Source: an uncultured delta proteobacterium
Lineage (GTDB): Bacteria > Desulfobacterota > Desulfobacteria > Desulfobacterales > JAFDCJ01
Direction: 5' to 3'
DNA length: 64,000 nt
Assembly: GCA_963769935.1 (NCBI GenBank)
Contig: CAVYNY010000035.1
Coordinates: 64,001 to 128,000, forward strand
Part shown: positions 48,526 to 59,845 of the stretch, piece by piece
How the letters are laid out: each line of letters begins with the position of its first letter
Position numbering within the stretch: position 1 is the stretch's first letter
Notes under the pieces: model-generated
The model's input: the letters and a program-made list of their open reading frames with translations, nothing else
The model's database searches: none
What the model was told of the DNA's origin: nothing
Made by a program: the position numbers and the translations under genes

Positions 48526-49296
48526 ATGAAGATCTATGTCTGTGTTAAGCATGTCCCCGATACAGCGGCCAAAATTACCGTGGTCGGGGAGACCGGTTTT
48601 GCGGAAACCTGCAAGTTCATTGTCAATCCTTATGACGAATACAGCCTGGAAGAGGCTGTTCAGATAAACGGCCGGGCCGGCCGGGGCGAGGTGGTGGTGG
48701 TGACCGTCGGCAAGGAATCCGCCGTTACGACGCTGCGCTCGGCGCTGGCGCTGGGGGCTGATCGCGGGATTCTGGTCAAAACGGAAGCCCAGTTTCTGGA
48801 CAGTGCTCTCACCGGCCGGGCATTAAAAAAGGCCATTGAGCAGGACGGGGTTCCGGATCTGATTTTTTGCGGCAAGCAGTCCATCGACAGTGAAGGCATG
48901 CAAACCCTGTTTCGGCTGGCAAAAGCTTTTGACATGCCGGCGGTCAGCGAAGTTGTCGCTCTAAGCCTAAATGACGGGGTGGCCAGGGTCGAGCGTGAAA
49001 TCGGCGGCGGTGCCCGCGAGGTGCTGGAAATGCCGCTGCCCTGCGTTATCGGTGCGACCAGAGGATTAAATGAGCCGCATTATCCGAAGCTGCCGGATAT
49101 CATGAAAGCCAAGAAAAAAGAGATCAAACAGATCGACATCGCTGAGCTTGGTTTGGATCTCACGGCGCCTCAAACTGAAATCATCCATCTTGAAGCCGTT
49201 GCCGAAAGAGGGCAGGCCCGGATGATGGCAGGGTCCACCCGCGAGATGGTGGAGGAGTTGGTCAGGATTCTGAAAGAGGAGGAGAAGGTGATCTGA
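48526..49296 (+). CDS. etfB: Electron transfer flavoprotein beta subunit
   Basis: VCVKHVPD, NPYDEY.LEEA, ALALGAD and GKQSID. Confidence 0.95.
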   Translation: MKIYVCVKHVPDTAAKITVVGETGFAETCKFIVNPYDEYSLEEAVQINGRAGRGEVVVVTVGKESAVTTLRSALALGADRGILVKTEAQFLDSALTGRALKKAIEQDGVPDLIFCGKQSIDSEGMQTLFRLAKAFDMPAVSEVVALSLNDGVARVEREIGGGAREVLEMPLPCVIGATRGLNEPHYPKLPDIMKAKKKEIKQIDIAELGLDLTAPQTEIIHLEAVAERGQARMMAGSTREMVEELVRILKEEEKVI

Positions 49297-49410
49297 ACGG
49301 AATGGCGAATGACGAATGACTAATATCGAATGTGACGAAAAGGGTTTCCGGTTTTAATAGCACCGAATCAAGCGTCATTTAAAAGTTTGAAGCATAGGAG
49401 AGAATATAAG

Positions 49411-50370
49411 ATGGCAAACATCGGCGTCTGGATTGAAACCAGTAATGGAGGTGTTAAGGAGGCAAATTTCGGGGTGTTGACCGCCGCCCGGCGCCAGGAG
49501 GGAGCTGCGATTTATGCCTTTATAATAAATGCCAAGGCCGGCGAATGCAAAAGCGTCCTGCAGTCATATGGTGCACAGAAAATCGTAGAGATAGCTGTGG
49601 AAGGTGGTGATCCGGCCGCCGATCCCGAACTGGATGCATACGCATTAGCAGAGGCCATCCATCACTTTGAGATATCGGCATTGCTGGGGCTCGGCAGTGC
49701 CAGAGGGCGTGATCTGCTGGCCAGAACGGCGGCCTTGATGGATGCGCCCCTGATACAGGATTGTATCGGGGTTGATCCGGCGGCCAAGACCGTGGTCAAA
49801 TCTCATTTTTCCGGCAAAACCCTGGCAACGATCCGGTTCAACTCAAATCCATACCTGTGCGGCCTGCGGCCCAACGCCATCGAACCGCAGACCGCGCCCT
49901 GCGAAGCGGAGGTGCTCAATTTTGCTGCGTCCGGGCATTCTGCCGCAAAATTGACGGTTAAAGAAATTAAACAGAGCCCGTCAAAGGCGGTGGATTTGAC
50001 CGAGGCCAATATCATCATTACCGGCGGCCGCCCGATCGCTTCGGCAGACAACTACAAAATCCTGCGGGAATGTGCCGCAGTTCTCGGAGCGGCAGTCGGT
50101 GCATCCCGGGCGGCCGTGGACGCCGGCTATGCCCCGCACAGTATGCAGGTGGGACAAACCGGTAAAACCGTCAGTCCTAAACTCTACATCGGGTGTGGGC
50201 TTTCCGGGTCGGTCCAGCATTTTGCAGGCATGAAAACTTCCAAAGTCATCGTCGCGATCAACACCGACAAAGACGCCCCGATTTTCGGCAAATGCGATTA
50301 CGGCATCGAGGGGGATCTGTTCGAGGTGGTGCCGGTGTTGACGGCGGTGCTTAAGGAGCAAATGGGTTAG
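49411..50370 (+). CDS. etfA: Electron transfer flavoprotein alpha subunit
   Basis: [27 protein letters not shown] and SGSVQH. Confidence 0.95.
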   Translation: MANIGVWIETSNGGVKEANFGVLTAARRQEGAAIYAFIINAKAGECKSVLQSYGAQKIVEIAVEGGDPAADPELDAYALAEAIHHFEISALLGLGSARGRDLLARTAALMDAPLIQDCIGVDPAAKTVVKSHFSGKTLATIRFNSNPYLCGLRPNAIEPQTAPCEAEVLNFAASGHSAAKLTVKEIKQSPSKAVDLTEANIIITGGRPIASADNYKILRECAAVLGAAVGASRAAVDAGYAPHSMQVGQTGKTVSPKLYIGCGLSGSVQHFAGMKTSKVIVAINTDKDAPIFGKCDYGIEGDLFEVVPVLTAVLKEQMG

Positions 50371-50403
50371 GTTGATGCTGGATGCTGGATGATGGATAAT
50401 CAA

Positions 50404-50582
50404 GTGGTTTCAGGTGTCAGCAAGGGCTAAAGGATAAAGGTCAAAGGCGAAAGGTTAAAGGCGAAAGGCTGCCGGCGAGTGGTAAAAGGAATGGACAAAG
50501 ATCCGAGGTTTTGCTTTCCAGCCTCTAAACCTCAAATCTCTTTCTTCTGTCCTCTGGCCTCTGTCTTCTGACACCTGACATC
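50404..50582. repeat. Heptamer-built inverted repeat (TCAGGTGTCAG ... CTGACACCTGA)
   Basis: Outer inverted pair encloses AAAGGC/AAAGGT-type and CCTCTG-type short repeats. Confidence 0.6.
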
Positions 50583-50602
50583 AATATTATAGCGATTAAC
50601 TC

Positions 50603-52609
50603 ATGAGCACATATTTCTGGATAAAATCGGTTTTAGTCGCAATTGCGATTGTGGCGGCGTTCAGTCTGTTTTTCACCAGGGTTCAAAGACTCTTCGCCCT
50701 GATGCGTGGGGTGCAGGGCAATGCTGCCTTTAAGCTGGATCGAATCGGCGAGCGGGTTAAGGCACTGTTTACCGATGTGCTCGGACAGCGCAATGTCAGG
50801 CGCAAACGCTGGCCGGGACTCGCCCACACGGTGATTTTTTTCGGATTTTTGGCGGTACAGCCGCACTCCCTGGAACTGATGATTCGCGGGATCTTTCCCT
50901 CCTTTCATGTGGGGGATGTGATTCCCCGTCTTTACGGCCTCTATTTTTTCACGGCCGATATCCTGGCTTTCCTGGTTCTGTTCGGCCTGGGATATGCGCT
51001 CTATCGGCGCTTGGTTGTCAAGCCCAAGTATCTGACCGACGGCCTCGATGCCCGGCTGATCATTGTATTCACCGCGGTTATAATTCTTACCTTTCACATT
51101 ACAAATGCCTTTCTGCTCATACCCTCGATCGGCGGCACCAGTTTTGATTATGCCCGCTATCTTACGGTTTCCAAGGTGGTGTACAAGGCCTTTCATCTGA
51201 ATGCCCTTTCGGCCGGCGCCGCTCGAACCGGCTTCGAAATTTTTTACTGGATCCATATCCTGACGATTCTCGGATTTTTAGTCTATATCCCCGGCTCCAA
51301 GCACTTGCACCTGCTGGCGGCAGTTCCCAACGTTTTTTTAAAGCCGCTGGACCGGCCCAAAGCCATGTTTAAAACCGATATCGAAAACGAAGAAGCCGAG
51401 AGTTTCGGCCTGGGAAACGTCTCGGCGTTGACCTGGAAAAATGTGCTGGATCTGTATGCCTGCACCGAATGCGGGCGCTGTGAGGAACAGTGCCCGGCGG
51501 ATATGACCGGCAAACCGCTGTCGCCCAAACGGGTGATTCACGATGCAAAAATCGATCTTTTCGATCAGGCAGCGGCTGTTCTGGCCTCAGACAATGCAGC
51601 GGCGGCGCCCCTGCTGCGGGAAAATTCTCCGATCACCGCCGAAGTCCTGTGGTCGTGTACGACCTGCCGGGCCTGTGAGGACATCTGCCCGGTCAATATC
51701 CAACATCTGGATATACTCCTTGAAGCCCGCAAATACCAGGTGCTGATGGAATCCAGCTTTCCGCCCGAAATGCAGGATACCTTCAATAATCTCGAAAACC
51801 AGTCCAATCCCTGGGGTTTCGGCAGCGACACGCGGGCGGATTGGGCCAAAGATCTGGATGTTCCTCTGATGACCGACAATCCGGAAGCGGATATTTTATA
51901 CTTTGTCGGCTGTGCGGGATCCTTTGACGACCGGGGGAAAAAGGTCGCCCGGGCCCTGGCCCGGGTTCTCAATAAGGCCGGCATAAACTTTGCCATTCTG
52001 GGGGAAGAGGAGCGCTGCAACGGCGATGTCGCCCGCCGGGCCGGCAATGAGTACCTGGCCCAGATGATGATGGCCGGGAATGCGGCGATTTTCAATCAGT
52101 ATCAGCCCAAAAAGATTCTGGCCGCCTGTCCCCACTGTTTTAACACCTTAAAAAATGAATACTCCCAGTTCGGCGTCCGCATTCCGGTGGTTCATCATAC
52201 CGAATTCTTACTGGAATTGATCAACCAGGGGCGATTGAAGACCAATGGAACTGAAATCCAAAAGCTGACATATCACGACTCCTGCTACCTGGGACGCTGG
52301 AACGGCATTTTTGAAGCGCCGCGCAACCTTCTGCTTGCAGTCAACAACGGCAAGAGTCTGTTTGAAATGAAGCGCATTGAAGATCAGGGACTTTGCTGCG
52401 GCGCCGGCGGTGCCCGGATGTTCATGGAAGAAACCATCGGCAAACGCATTAATCATGAGCGCGCCGAAGAAGTGATCGCAACGGGGGCGACTCAGGTTGC
52501 AGCGGCCTGCCCGTTTTGCATCACCATGCTGTCCGACGGTATCCGGGACAAGGGCGGCACTGTGCAGGTAAAAGATATTGCTGAAATCGTCGACGAAGCC
52601 ACGGATTAA
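50603..52609 (+). CDS. Membrane-bound Fe-S oxidoreductase (HdrF/FadF-like; probable ETF:quinone oxidoreductase)
   Basis: N-terminal TM domain with His residues (SKHLH), CTECGRC...CP, CTTCRAC...CP and two CCG-type domains (ACPHC, HDSCYLGR, CCGAGG, ACPFC). Adjacent to etfBA. Confidence 0.9.
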   Translation: MSTYFWIKSVLVAIAIVAAFSLFFTRVQRLFALMRGVQGNAAFKLDRIGERVKALFTDVLGQRNVRRKRWPGLAHTVIFFGFLAVQPHSLELMIRGIFPSFHVGDVIPRLYGLYFFTADILAFLVLFGLGYALYRRLVVKPKYLTDGLDARLIIVFTAVIILTFHITNAFLLIPSIGGTSFDYARYLTVSKVVYKAFHLNALSAGAARTGFEIFYWIHILTILGFLVYIPGSKHLHLLAAVPNVFLKPLDRPKAMFKTDIENEEAESFGLGNVSALTWKNVLDLYACTECGRCEEQCPADMTGKPLSPKRVIHDAKIDLFDQAAAVLASDNAAAAPLLRENSPITAEVLWSCTTCRACEDICPVNIQHLDILLEARKYQVLMESSFPPEMQDTFNNLENQSNPWGFGSDTRADWAKDLDVPLMTDNPEADILYFVGCAGSFDDRGKKVARALARVLNKAGINFAILGEEERCNGDVARRAGNEYLAQMMMAGNAAIFNQYQPKKILAACPHCFNTLKNEYSQFGVRIPVVHHTEFLLELINQGRLKTNGTEIQKLTYHDSCYLGRWNGIFEAPRNLLLAVNNGKSLFEMKRIEDQGLCCGAGGARMFMEETIGKRINHERAEEVIATGATQVAAACPFCITMLSDGIRDKGGTVQVKDIAEIVDEATD

Positions 52610-52680
52610 ACGTCGACCAGGGAGCAGCGGGTTGATATGGAAATATTTATTGCTTATAAAGGGCTTGCCATTGAAGTTGC

Positions 52681-52760
52681 GGAGTAGTGGAGTACTGGAG
52701 TGTTGGAATGTTGGAAATGATCCTCACCATTACTCCAATTCTCCATTACTCCATCACTCC
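52681..52760. repeat. Repeat family E copy 2
   Basis: GGAGTAGTGGAGTACTGGAGTGTTGG ... CCATTACTCCATCACTCC. Confidence 0.75.
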
Positions 52761-52826
52761 GGTTTCTTAAGATTCCGGATTTTTTCTGTCACATCCAAAT
52801 TTATACTAAATTAAGGAGATGGTCTC

Positions 52827-55250
52827 ATGCAAGACAGCACCCGGGTCGTAATTATCGGCGGCGGCATTATCGGCTGCAGCACGGCCTATCATCTGACCCA
52901 GATGGGCTGGCAGGATGTCGTCATCCTTGAAAAAGGCGAGTTGACCAGCGGATCGACCTGGCATGCGGCCGGCCTGGTGGGGCAACTGCGATCGGAGCGC
53001 AATATTACCCGCATGCTGCAGTACAGCGTCAGCCTTTATGATAAACTGGAAGCGGAAACCGGTCTGGCAACCGGCTGGAAAATGAGCGGCTGCCTGCATC
53101 TGGCCGGCACGCGGGAGCGAATGTACGAACTGCAAAAAGGCGCCACCACCGCGCGCAGCTTCGGACTTGAGATGAACATGATCACCCCCGAGGAAGCTTA
53201 CGACCTCTGCCCGATTATTTCCCTGGACGGCATTATCGGGGCGGCCTTTATGCCCACCGACGGGCAGGCCGACCCCGCCGGTATCACCCAGGCCCTTGCC
53301 AAAGGCGCCCGCAGCCGCGGGGCGGCAATTTACGAGCATACATTGGTTACCGGTTTTGAATTCAACAAAAAGCGGGTGTCTTCCGTGAAAACCGACAAGG
53401 GCGATATCCGGTGTGAGATCGTGGTCAATTGCACCGGAATGTGGGGCCATCAGCTTGGGCAGATGCTGGGCGTCAATACGCCGGTGGTACCCTTTCAGCA
53501 CCAGTACCTGGTTACGGAGCAGATTGAAGGGCTGTCGCCGAACTTGCCCACCATCCGCGACAAGGACAGCCTGATTTACTACAAGGAGGAAGTCGGCGGT
53601 CTGGTGATGGGCGGCTACGAGCGCAACGGCATTGCCTGGGGGATCGACGGGGTCGCCAATGACTTCAATTCGCAGCTGCTGGAACCGAACTTCGATCATT
53701 TTCAGCAGCTCTCGGATCCGGCCATGCAGCGGACGCCGTGCCTGGCGCAAGCCGGGATTGCCAGACTGGTAAACGGCCCGGAAGGCTTTACCCCGGACGG
53801 CGATGCCATCCTGGGTCCGGCGCCGGAACTGGACAATGTGTTTGTGGCCGTGGGGTTTAATGCCTTCGGAATCGCCGCCGGCGGCGGCGCCGGCCGTATG
53901 ATGGCCGAGTGGATTATCGAGGGCGAGCCGAGCCTGAATATCTGGCCGCTGGATATTCGCCGCTTCGGACCGCACCACCGCAGCCGGGCCTACAATGTTG
54001 CCAGAACCGGAGAGCTTTACGGCAAGCATTACACCATCCACTGGCCCCATGAGGAACATGACGCCGCCCGCGGGGTAAGACGCAGTCCGCTATATTTCCC
54101 CTTGAAAGAAAAGGGTGCGGTATACGGCGCCAAATACGGCTGGGAACGTGCCAACTGGTTTGCTCCGCCGGGTGTGGCACCCCAGGATGATCATACTTTT
54201 GAAATTCCCAACTGGTTTGACCATGTGGCCGCCGAGCATAAAAATGCCCGGGAAAACGTGGTGCTGGTCGATCAATCCTCCTTCAGCAAGTTCGAAGTGG
54301 AAGGCCCCGGTGCATTGGCTTTTTTGAATAGACTATGCGCCAACCAGATCGATAAACCTGTCGGCAAGGTTGTCTACAGCCAGATGTGCAACGCCAGGGG
54401 TACTATCGAGGTCGACTTAACCATCGGGCGGCTGGACCAGGACCGCTTTTTGCTGGTTGTGGGCACCGCCTTTGGATTGCGCGCTTTCGGGTGGCTAAAA
54501 AATCACCTGCCGTCCGACGGTTCGGTGGCAGTCAAGGAGATGACATCGGCCTACGCGGTCATTAATGTCATCGGCCCAAAATCAAGAAAACTGCTGCAGA
54601 AATTGACATCGGCCGACTTAAGCAATGAAGGCTTTGCCTTCGGTACCTGCAAAATATTTGCCGTCGGGTATGCTCCGGTCATGGCGTATCGCGTCACCTA
54701 CGTCGGGGAGCTGGGATATGAGCTTTACATACCGGCCGAATTTGCCGTCCAGGTCTATGAGTCTCTCTGGGAGGCCGGTCAGGATCTCGGCATCAAAAAC
54801 GCGGGTTATCGTACCATCGCCTCCCTGCATCTGGAAAAAGGCTACGCCGACTGGGGGTCGGAGCTAACTCCGGAGTATACCCCCTTCGATGCGGGCCTTG
54901 GGTTCTGTGTGGCGCTTGAAAAAGACGATTTTATCGGCAAACAAGCGCTGGCGAAGATCAAAACCGAAGGACCCAAATTGAGGCTTTGCACGTTTACCCT
55001 GGAGACCGGCCGGCCGTTGATGCTCCATGGCAGTGCGCCGATTATTTATAATGGCAAAGTTCTGGGTGTTGTAACCAGTTCCGGGTACGGCCATACCGTT
55101 AAGAAAAACATTTGCTATGGTTATATTGCTGTGGCAGATATGCGGCGGGATGAAGATTACGCGATTGAAGCTTTTCAGCAGGTGTATAAGGCCAGACTGG
55201 AACCCAGCCGGGTCCTGTATGATCCGGAAAGAAAGAAGATCCTGATGTAA
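52827..55250 (+). CDS. GcvT-family FAD-dependent oxidoreductase (dimethylglycine/sarcosine dehydrogenase-like)
   Basis: IIGGGIIG, SGSTWHAAG, FTPDG, GWERANWF, YVGELGYE, LEKGY and YDP in 807 aa. Confidence 0.93.
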   Translation: MQDSTRVVIIGGGIIGCSTAYHLTQMGWQDVVILEKGELTSGSTWHAAGLVGQLRSERNITRMLQYSVSLYDKLEAETGLATGWKMSGCLHLAGTRERMYELQKGATTARSFGLEMNMITPEEAYDLCPIISLDGIIGAAFMPTDGQADPAGITQALAKGARSRGAAIYEHTLVTGFEFNKKRVSSVKTDKGDIRCEIVVNCTGMWGHQLGQMLGVNTPVVPFQHQYLVTEQIEGLSPNLPTIRDKDSLIYYKEEVGGLVMGGYERNGIAWGIDGVANDFNSQLLEPNFDHFQQLSDPAMQRTPCLAQAGIARLVNGPEGFTPDGDAILGPAPELDNVFVAVGFNAFGIAAGGGAGRMMAEWIIEGEPSLNIWPLDIRRFGPHHRSRAYNVARTGELYGKHYTIHWPHEEHDAARGVRRSPLYFPLKEKGAVYGAKYGWERANWFAPPGVAPQDDHTFEIPNWFDHVAAEHKNARENVVLVDQSSFSKFEVEGPGALAFLNRLCANQIDKPVGKVVYSQMCNARGTIEVDLTIGRLDQDRFLLVVGTAFGLRAFGWLKNHLPSDGSVAVKEMTSAYAVINVIGPKSRKLLQKLTSADLSNEGFAFGTCKIFAVGYAPVMAYRVTYVGELGYELYIPAEFAVQVYESLWEAGQDLGIKNAGYRTIASLHLEKGYADWGSELTPEYTPFDAGLGFCVALEKDDFIGKQALAKIKTEGPKLRLCTFTLETGRPLMLHGSAPIIYNGKVLGVVTSSGYGHTVKKNICYGYIAVADMRRDEDYAIEAFQQVYKARLEPSRVLYDPERKKILM

Positions 55251-55377
55251 TCCGATTGCTTTAAATTGCAGTTGGAAGTTATTTGTTATTTGTAGAATAG
55301 AGATAGGATTTGTTAAGTATATGATCAATATTATCATGACAAAGCCTGAAATGGGTCCTGTGAAAGGAGAATAAAGG

Positions 55378-57404
55378 ATGAAAAAAGGTTCAGCGACAAA
55401 AAAGACCGGCCTCGATGCCCTTTGTATCAACACGATTAGAACCCTGGCAATGGATGCGGTGCAGGCGGCCAACTCCGGCCACCCGGGAGCACCCATGGGG
55501 CTGGCTCCCGCCGCCTATGTGTTGTGGACCCGGGTAATGAAGCACAATCCTGAAAATCCGGCCTGGGTCGATCGTGATCGTTTTGTGCTCTCGGCGGGCC
55601 ACGCCTCCATGCTGCTCTATAGCCTGCTCTTTCTGACCGGCTATGACGTCAGCCTGGATGAGATCAAAAATTTTCGCCAGTGGGGCAGCAAAACACCCGG
55701 CCATCCGGAATACGGTCATACACCGGGCGTTGAGACCACCACCGGTCCCCTGGGACAGGGGTTTTCCAATGCGGTGGGCATGGCCATGGCGGAGAGCCAT
55801 CTGGCGGCGAAATTCAATCGCGGCAGCCAGCAAGATCGTCGACCACTACACCTATATCATTTGCGGTGACGGCGACTTGATGGAAGGCATTAGTTCGGAA
55901 GCGGCATCCCTGGCGGGACATCTCGGACTGGGCAAGCTGATCTGCATCTACGATGACAACAAGATCTCCATCGAGGGCGGGACCGATCTGGCGTTTACCG
56001 AGGATGTCGCGGCTCGTTTCCAGGCCTACAACTGGCATGTCGTGCGGGTCAACGACGGCAACGATATTGCAGCCATCGAGCAGGCGCTCAAAGAGGCCCG
56101 GGCGGAAGCGGCGAAGCCGTCGCTGATCGTAACGCGCACCCACATCGCTTACGGCAGCCCCAACAAGCAGGATTCCCACGATGCCCACGGCGCGCCGCTG
56201 GGCGAGGAAGAAGTGCGCCTGACCAAAGAAAATCTCGGCTGGCCGGCCGATAAGACATTTTACGTTCCGGCAGCAGGCGCTCAAAGCATTTCGCAAATGC
56301 GCTCGACAAAGGCCGCAAGGCCGAGGCCGCCTGGCAAAAAAAGTTTACGGCCTATGCCGCTAAGCATCCCGCGGCAGCCGAAGAATGGCAGGCGGCCATA
56401 GCCAACAAGCTGGTCAAGGGATGGGATGCCGCGAGTGCCGAATTTTGAGGACGGCAAGCCGATTGCCACGCGGGCTGCTTCGGGCAAGGTGCTCAACGCC
56501 CTGGCAGAAAAACTGCCCACCCTGATCGGCGGGTCGGCCGATCTGGCGCCTTCCAACAACACCCTGCTTAAATCGTCATTCGATTTTCAGAAGGGCTCCT
56601 ACGATGGGCGCAATATTCATTTCGGTGTGCGGGAGCATGCCATGGGGGCGATACTTTCCGGCCTGGCGCTTCACAAAGGCGTTCGCCCTTACGGCGGAAC
56701 GTTTCTGGTGTTTTCCGACTACTGCCGGCCGGCCATCCGTCTGGCGTCGCTGATGAAGCTGCCGGTCATCTACGTCTTTACCCATGACAGTGTCGCCTTG
56801 GGCGAAGACGGCCCGACGCATCAACCGGTGGAGCATCTGGCGGCCTTGAGGGCCATTCCCGGGTTGACGGTTATTCGGCCGGCGGATGCCACCGAAACCG
56901 CGGCGGCCTGGCGGGTGGCCCTTAAAACCCCCAATGCGCCGGTGGCCCTGATCCTAACCCGTCAGAACCTGCCGGTGCTTGACCGGAAACTGTATCCCTC
57001 GGCGAGCGCTCTGGCCAAGGGCGGATATGTCCTGGCGGATTCAAAGGGCACGCCGGATGTGATCCTGATCGGCAGCGGTTCGGAGGTGCATCTGTGCCTG
57101 GAAGCCCAGGGGCTTTTGGCCAAACAGGGTGTGGCCGCCAGGGTGGTGAGCCTGCCCAGCTGGGAACTATTTGAAAAGGCGTCCCAAAGCTACCGGGACA
57201 AAGTGCTGCCCCCGTCGGTGACCGTCAGGGTAGCGGTTGAAGCCGGAGCCGGCTTTGGCTGGGAGCGATATGTCGGCCGCAAGGGAGGCGATCATCGGGA
57301 TCAACCGCTTCGGTGCCTCGGCCCCCGGCGGGACCGTCATGGAAAAATACGGCATGAAGGCTTCGGCGGTTGTTTCCAAAGCCATGAGTCTATTGAAGGG
57401 CTGA
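55378..57404 (+). CDS. tkt: Transketolase, with several frameshifts (near 55831, 56268-56305, 56433, 57284)
   Basis: [51 protein letters not shown]...GEDGPTHQP and FGASAP occur across successive frames. Confidence 0.93.
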
Positions 57405-57466
57405 GCAGCCTTCTTTTCACAATGTTTTAAAGCGTAATACTTGCGACGCGTTTCGCAACTTGCTTC

Positions 57467-57498
57467 AAAAGCCGGCGCCTTGTGCGTGCCGGCTTTTT
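57467..57498 (+). terminator. Rho-independent terminator
   Basis: AAAA-GCCGGCGC-loop-GTGCCGGC-TTTTT downstream of tkt. Confidence 0.75.
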
Positions 57499-57773
57499 CT
57501 ATTGATTCCTGCCACTATTATCTTTTTTCAAACGGAGGCGCGACATGAGTCTTCCGGACTACAACAATCCATAATTTCTAATACTTATGATTGAAGAAAA
57601 GACCTCTGCAGATACAGACTGTTTTGTCAGATATGTGGCCAGACACACAGAATATCAGCCGGCCGGTCAAACTGCGATATGTCTGACGTATCTGTATTTT
57701 ATGGATTTTACAAAACTCAATATATCACAACGTGGTTGATTTTTGGTTTTCTGGCATGTTATGAGAACCAATT

Positions 57774-59625
57774 ATGAATCAGCACTCTTTGTCTGAAAAA
57801 AAGATAAGGCAGGCCGTGGAAGAATGGCAGGCCACATTTGATGCCATTCCGGACCTTGTCTCGATCATTGACCGCGATTTCCGGCTCCGAGCAGTGAACA
57901 GAGCCTTCACGAATGCCTTCAAGATGAAGCCTGAGGATCTTCTGGGGAAGAAGTGCCACGAGATCATGCATCACACCGCAGAGCCCTGGCCGGATTGTCC
58001 CCACAGGCAATCGAACGCAAGCAACTGCGTCGTGACAGAGGAATTCCTGGAACCGCGCCTGGGGCTGTTCCTGCAAGTCACCTGCTCGCCGATCCGAAAT
58101 GAACGGGGCGAGCCCGTCGGTACGGTCCACATTGCCAGGGACATCACGGAACGGAAGAAAGCAGAGGATGCCCTGCGGCAAGCACGTGAAGGTATTCAAA
58201 AGCAGGTGGACAGGCAAACGGAAGCGCTTACCCGCGCAAACGAGGATCTGACCGCTTCCATTGAACGAATGCGTAGCGAAATGGAGAAACGCGAAGCAGC
58301 CGAGTCGGCTATGAAAGAGCAGTTGCGATTCGAGAGGCTGCTGGCGGAAATTTCGACATTCTTTATCAATCTCCCTGCCGACCGGATCGACAGCGAAATT
58401 GAAGCCGCCCAGCGCCGCGTCTGCGAGTTCCTCGATCTTGATCGCTCCTCACTTTTCCAGGCCGATGAAGAAGATCCCGAGACGCTGATGATGACCCATT
58501 TTCATCAGCCTCCGGGAAGTCGGATACCTCCGGAGCGGGTGAGTTTGAAGGAATTCTTTCCCTGGTCGCTGCCGAAGGTTTTGGGCGGAGAAACGATCAC
58601 GATTTCGAAAATGACCGATCTCCCGGCGGAAGCCGGCCGCGACCGGGAGACTTTCGGCCTCTACGGCACCCGGTCCGTCGTGGTCGCCCCGTTAGCGGTA
58701 GGAACAAGGGGAGTATTTGGCCTGTTGACCTTTGCGGTCATGCGGGAGGAAAGAGAATGGACGCAAACGGACAGCACGGTCCTCATCCTCGGTGAAACCG
58801 GCACCGGAAAAGAGCTGCTGGCCAGAGCAATCCATCGCATGAGCGACCGCAACGCCAGGCCCCTGGTGACCGTTAACTGCGCATCCCTGCCGCCCGCGCT
58901 CATTGAAAGCGAACTTTTCGGCCGGGAAAAAGGCGCTTACACCGGGGCTTTGACCCAGATGATCGGCCGTTTCGAGATTGCCGATCAGTCCACCCTCTTT
59001 CTCGATGAGATCGGTGAAATCCCCCTGGAATTGCAGAGCAAGCTGCTCAGAGTCCTCGAGGCCGGCAGGTTCGAGCGGCTGGGATCCACCAAGACCCTGC
59101 AGGTGAATGTCCGCATTATTGCCGCCACCAACCGAGACCTTGCCCAGGCGGTTCAGGCAGACGGATTCAGGAAGGATCTGTTTTACCGGCTAAATGTATT
59201 TCCCATTGTGATGCCGCCCCTGCGCGAGCATCCCGACGATACTCCCTCTCATGGTCTGGTCGTTTGTCAAGGAGTTTCAAAAAAAGATGGGAAGGCGGAT
59301 CGAACATATTCCCAAAGATATCATGCAAAAACTGCAATCCCATGGCTGGCCGGGAAACGTCAGGGAACTGCGGAACGTGATCGAACGCGCCATGATCATG
59401 AGCACCGGGGAAACTCTGGTTGTTGACCTGGCCGAATTTTCATCCTCCCAAACAAAGGCGGCCGGTGAACTCGAGAATATGGAGCGCAGTTACATCACGG
59501 CCGTGCTGGCGAAGGCCGGCTGGCGCGTCGGCGGAAAGGGCGGCGCGGCCGAAATCCTGGGTCTGAACCGAACGACCTTGTATTCTAAAATAAAGAAATT
59601 GGGCATCCATCGTCCGAATCCCTGA
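57774..59625 (+). pseudogene. Sigma-54-dependent enhancer-binding protein (PAS-GAF-AAA+-Fis HTH) with an internal deletion near 58762 and a frameshift near 59245
   Basis: The GAF domain stops at ...REEREWT and joins directly to [30 protein letters not shown] and [10 protein letters not shown] follow. [10 protein letters not shown] and the HTH are in another frame. Confidence 0.82.
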
Positions 59626-59661
59626 TGTCGAAATAAAAACATTTTTGTCGGCATATCAACA
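59626..59661. promoter_or_regulatory. Candidate tandem upstream activator sites for a sigma-54 activator
   Basis: TGTCGAAATAAAAACA and TGTCGGCATATCAACA lie about 100-130 bp upstream of the -24/-12 motif. Confidence 0.5.
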
Positions 59662-59758
59662 GTCACCGGCTTCCATTCACTGCGCCCAAGAATCGCCATT
59701 TCAAAAAAATCATATCATTCCAAAATCTTATCTGTAAAATCGCATGTCATTAGCCCTA

Positions 59759-59774
59759 TGGCATGCATTTCGCT
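59759..59774 (+). promoter_or_regulatory. Sigma-54 (-24/-12) promoter
   Basis: TGGCATGCATTTCGCT has GG-N10-GC spacing and lies directly downstream of an EBP gene. Confidence 0.7.
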
Positions 59775-59845
59775 AAAGCAGCCGGCTATCAGGCGCTTGG
59801 CTGATTCTTTTACAATTCCCACTGCCGGAACAGGAGAGGAGATGA

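Noticed and set aside
48129..48548. 139-aa ORF, and the similar 60-aa ORF at 23847-24029
   Set aside because: These are translations of the family D repeat and adjacent promoter DNA. Their similarity is at the DNA-repeat level.
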